From Candidatus Aminicenantes bacterium (GTDB lineage: Bacteria > Acidobacteriota > Aminicenantia > Aminicenantales > Saccharicenantaceae), in the NCBI GenBank assembly GCA_017883305.1, contig JADGNU010000003.1, forward strand, positions 1 to 50,845: a stretch of DNA of 50,845 bases, written 5' to 3'. Positions within the stretch are counted from its first letter, which is position 1. Every line of letters begins with the position of its first letter. The notes beneath the pieces are model-generated. The model had not been told where the DNA came from. It ran no database searches and was given only the letters and a program-made list of their open reading frames with translations. The position numbers and the translations under genes are program-made. Positions 46,650-50,845 of this stretch are shown here, piece by piece.

Positions 46650-47127
46650 GCCGCGGCGATTCTTCACGCCCCTCTGAGTCAGGCCCTCTGGCAGATCTCG
46701 CTGCATGGACTTCTCGGCTCGGGGCGTGCCGCTCCGTCGGGTCGCGGGTTTGGCCCGGCGCGCCAAACCCGCTCGGATCCGGGCCTCGCTCTCCTCTGGA
46801 TCCGTGCCCGCTTCGGCCCTCCCACGCCCTCCTCCGGGCATCGCCCCTGCGCCACCTTCCTTAACGCTCGATCTGCCCATCAAGTCCGGAATGTCGAGCG
46901 ACTCCACTAGAGACAAGACGACCGCTGAAACTGGGGTCGAGGGGGTCATCTGAGCGAGCATAAGCGGTGATTTAGCCGGTCCGGAGTCGGATGAGGGCAG
47001 TTTCAGAGGAAACCGCCAAAACGTGTTTGAGCGAGGCGTAGCGCACGCCGAGCGAGTTGTTTTGGCGCCGAGTCCGACGAACGGACCGGCGTGAAGAATC
47101 ACCGCAGCGAACGAAGATGATCCCCGA
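46650..47127. other. Structured non-coding element (MITE-like repeat or ncRNA) made of two folded modules
   Basis: Multiple nested perfect stems, plus a 21-bp inverted repeat (19/21) at 46650-46670 and 47088-47108. No credible ORF. Confidence 0.6.
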
Positions 47128-47130
47128 GGG

Positions 47131-47832
47131 CTAATTGATGATGCGGAGCATGCGGCTCCAGCGGGCCTTGGGGACGAAGCTGACCAGCTTCTTGAGGCGG
47201 TCGCGGATCCCGGTCTTCTGCCAGGCATCCCGCTCGGCCTTGTAGGAGAAATAGATGACCCAGGGCCGGCCCTTGATGGACGCCAGCGGCACGAAACCCC
47301 AGTAGCGGCTATCCATGCTGTTGTCGCGGTTGTCGCCCATGACGAACAGGTTCCCGGGCGGCACGGTCACGGGGCCATAGTTGTCGCGGATGACGTCGTC
47401 GTAGTTGTAGAAATCGTTCTTGGAGTTGACGTGGCTGTCGATGTGGACCTTATAGGGCTCGTCCAGCGGCTTGTCGTCGACGTAGACCTGCTTGTCCTTG
47501 ACCTCGACCTTCTGTCCCTCGAGCGCGATGACGCGCTTGACGAAGTCCTTGGTCAGGTCCTTCGGGTACTTGAAGACGACGATATCGCCCCGCGCGATCG
47601 GCTTATGGGGCAGGATCGTGCCCTCGAGCGGCAGGAGGGGCCTGGTGTAGGCGAGCTTGTTGACGAGCAGAAAGTCGCCGACGAGGAGGGTCGGCTCCAT
47701 GGAGCCGGTCGGGATCTGAAAGGCCTGGACGACGAAGGTCATGACGAAAAAGACGAAAACCGCCGTCTCGGCGATCAGCTCGAAGTATTCCCTGAAGAGG
47801 CTCTTGTCTCTTTTCTTCTTGTCCTTGTCCAT
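47131..47832 (-). CDS. lepB: Signal peptidase I
   Basis: Single TM; IPTGSMEPTL (Ser), FVKRVI (Lys), MGDNRDNSMDSRYWG. Confidence 0.95.
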   Translation of the reverse strand: MDKDKKKRDKSLFREYFELIAETAVFVFFVMTFVVQAFQIPTGSMEPTLLVGDFLLVNKLAYTRPLLPLEGTILPHKPIARGDIVVFKYPKDLTKDFVKRVIALEGQKVEVKDKQVYVDDKPLDEPYKVHIDSHVNSKNDFYNYDDVIRDNYGPVTVPPGNLFVMGDNRDNSMDSRYWGFVPLASIKGRPWVIYFSYKAERDAWQKTGIRDRLKKLVSFVPKARWSRMLRIIN

Positions 47833-47856
47833 GTCTCTCCCGGCTATAAAAATAAT

Positions 47857-47885
47857 ATTATAAAGGAAAACTCGAGGAAGGGCAA
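47857..47885 (-). promoter_or_regulatory. Sigma70 promoter for lepB
   Basis: Minus strand TTGCCC-N17-TATAAT. Confidence 0.65.
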
Positions 47886-47938
47886 GACGGATTCGCCCTG
47901 ATCGCCGGCCTAACCTATCCGCAGGTCCGTCCCGAACC

Positions 47939-48038
47939 GGAATTCCTGGGACACAATCCTGGAAAATTCCCGGGACACAATCCCATTTCCATAGAAATGG
48001 GTTATGTCCCGAATTTTACGGTCATGTCCCGGAATTCC
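47939..48038. repeat. Nested GGGACA/TGTCCC inverted repeats (REP/REPIN-like), copy 2
   Basis: AATTCC(T/C)GGGACACAATCC twice in tandem, a central hairpin CCCATTTC-CATA-GAAATGGG, then ATGTCCCG(G)AATT twice. Confidence 0.7.
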
Positions 48039-48086
48039 TCCCCTGTCGGGCCGTCGATCCCGGCCGTGCCGCCGCACGTCCGCACC

Positions 48087-48115
48087 TTGACACCCCCGGT
48101 CAATCCGGCTTTACT
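48087..48115 (+). promoter_or_regulatory. Putative sigma70 promoter for the mini-ORF-tgt-yajC-secD operon
   Basis: Perfect TTGACA(48087-48092)-N17-TTTACT, ending 6 nt before GTG 48122. Confidence 0.55.
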
Positions 48116-48121
48116 AGTCCC

Positions 48122-49661
<1,540 letters not shown>

Positions 49662-49723
49662 GGCCCCGGAGGGAGGGGCGGCTCCCCTCCCCAGCCCCGA
49701 ATCCCTCACGAGAGTGATATCCC

Positions 49724-50845
49724 ATGAAAAAGAACCTGCAATGGAAGGTCGCCCTGGCCCTGATCGTCATCGCCGGGGCCATCTTCCTCGCCTACCCCTT
49801 CGACGACACGAAGATCAAGCTCGGTCTCGACCTCAAGGGCGGCATCCACCTGACCCTTGGGGTCATCACGGACGATGCCATCAACATGGAAACGGACCAG
49901 GAGATCTCCCGGCTCGAGGAACTTCTCAAGAAGAACAGCATCACCTTCCAAAAGGTCACCAAAGAGGGCCTCGGGCGGATCGCCGTTCAGGGCGCCCTGG
50001 CCGACCAGGAAGCCAAGACCCGCGATCTCTTCGACGAATACTCCCGGGATTGGGCGTACACCTTCACCGCCGACCGGGCCAACCTGACCCTCAAGCCGCT
50101 CGTCATGCAGGCCCTCCGCGACGAATCGGTCAACCAGGCCAAGACGACGATCGAGAACCGCGTCAACGGCTTGGGCGTTTCCGAGCCCCTCATCCAGAGA
50201 CAGGGCACCGACAAGATCATCGTCGAGCTGCCGGGCGTCGACGACCCCGACCGCGTCAAGGAGCTCATCAAGGTCACCGCCGTCCTCGAATGGAAGCTGG
50301 TCAAGGCCGGGCCGGCCGCCGACGAGGCGACCCTCCTTCAAGCCACGAACGGGCAGGTCCCCGACGATGCCGAGGTCCTCAAGGGAGATCCCAAGCGGGG
50401 CCAGGGCGGCTTCTACCTCGTCAACAAGGTCTCCGTGGTCACGGGCAAGGACCTGAGGACCATCCGCCGGACCCAGGACGAGTGGAACAACCCGGCCGTC
50501 TCCTTTTCCCTCAACTCCGACGGCGGCGCCCGCTTCGAGGAGATGACAGGGGCGAACATCGGCAAACAGATCGCCATCATCCTCGACAAGAAGATCCAGT
50601 CGGCCCCGGTCGTCGAGAGCCGCATCTCCCGGGCCCAAGGCGGCGTCATCCGCGGCCGGTTCACTCCCGAAGAGGCGGACGACCTGGTCGTCGTGCTCAA
50701 GGCGGGCGCGCTGCCGGCCGGCATCAAGTACCTCGAGGAGCGGACGATCGGCCCGGCGCTGGGCGCTGACTCGATCCGCCAGGGACTCATGGCCGGACTG
50801 GTGGCCATCGTGGGCGTCATGACCTTCATGATCGTCTTCTACAAG
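49724..50845 (+). CDS. secD: Protein translocase subunit SecD, 3'-truncated by the window edge (absent from the ORF track)
   Basis: Read by hand from ATG 49724: MKKNLQWKVALAL...KLGLDLKGG...RVNGLGVSEP...IVELPG...IAIILD...LKAGALPA...TIGPALG. Frame is open to the end of the window. Confidence 0.94.
   Translation, partial: MKKNLQWKVALALIVIAGAIFLAYPFDDTKIKLGLDLKGGIHLTLGVITDDAINMETDQEISRLEELLKKNSITFQKVTKEGLGRIAVQGALADQEAKTRDLFDEYSRDWAYTFTADRANLTLKPLVMQALRDESVNQAKTTIENRVNGLGVSEPLIQRQGTDKIIVELPGVDDPDRVKELIKVTAVLEWKLVKAGPAADEATLLQATNGQVPDDAEVLKGDPKRGQGGFYLVNKVSVVTGKDLRTIRRTQDEWNNPAVSFSLNSDGGARFEEMTGANIGKQIAIILDKKIQSAPVVESRISRAQGGVIRGRFTPEEADDLVVVLKAGALPAGIKYLEERTIGPALGADSIRQGLMAGLVAIVGVMTFMIVFYK

Noticed and set aside
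46584-46900. Riboswitch controlling glgA
   Set aside because: glgA has its own extended -10 just 9 nt before the ATG, so the structured region would lie upstream of the transcript start.
46596-47228. 210-aa minus-strand ORF and small ORFs (46611-46910, 46571-46864, 46705-46953) in the glgA-lepB gap
   Set aside because: No motifs and low-complexity composition; the region is better explained by nucleic-acid secondary structure.
47939-48038. Possible mini CRISPR array
   Set aside because: The direct repeats are only about 5 nt apart and are followed by inverted copies. There are no spacers and no cas genes.
49662-49723. GGGAGGGG/CCCCTCCC hairpin between yajC and secD
   Set aside because: No U-tract and only one copy seen; at most an mRNA-stabilising stem.

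Overview
GC-rich bacterial chromosomal segment, densely packed with about 47 mostly housekeeping or catabolic genes. I saw no rRNA, tRNA, CRISPR array, integrase or transposase. Left to right: partial nitrilase-family amidase and a stand-alone NusG paralogue; GH10-like (DUF187) hydrolase; hydantoinase/oxoprolinase A+B; FmdB zinc ribbon; RidA; PepD; ZnuACB; an M16 peptidase-like pair followed by FtcD; AhcY; an asnS-rimO-pgpA-cinA-thpR-plsY-gpsA-TPR lipoprotein run; DUF4416; IscS; class V aminotransferase with short SerA; M20 peptidase; GH63 with glycosylasparaginase; LOG-rlpA; split purine closure (PurO-like cyclohydrolase plus stand-alone AICAR transformylase); M28 peptidase; a GH57-based glycogen cluster with an embedded two-component pair and a GalT-family gene; convergent glgA; lepB; tgt-yajC-secD (partial). 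The many peptidases and glycosidases suggest an anaerobic scavenger, possibly Aminicenantes-like (inference only). The most notable observations are: (1) an exported M16 pair in which neither subunit keeps the HxxEH zinc motif; (2) the glycogen operon carrying its own cytoplasmic kinase, receiver and GalT-like enzyme; (3) a 24-codon mini-ORF that looks like ychF with its middle deleted, still coupled to tgt; (4) a ~500 bp highly structured non-coding element between glgA and lepB; (5) a RidA with a Tat signal and two ribosome-binding sites; (6) a nitrilase lacking its catalytic Lys; (7) repeated leaderless or near-leaderless promoters; (8) a GGGACA/TGTCCC REP-like family. All family calls come from motif recognition by eye, not database searches.
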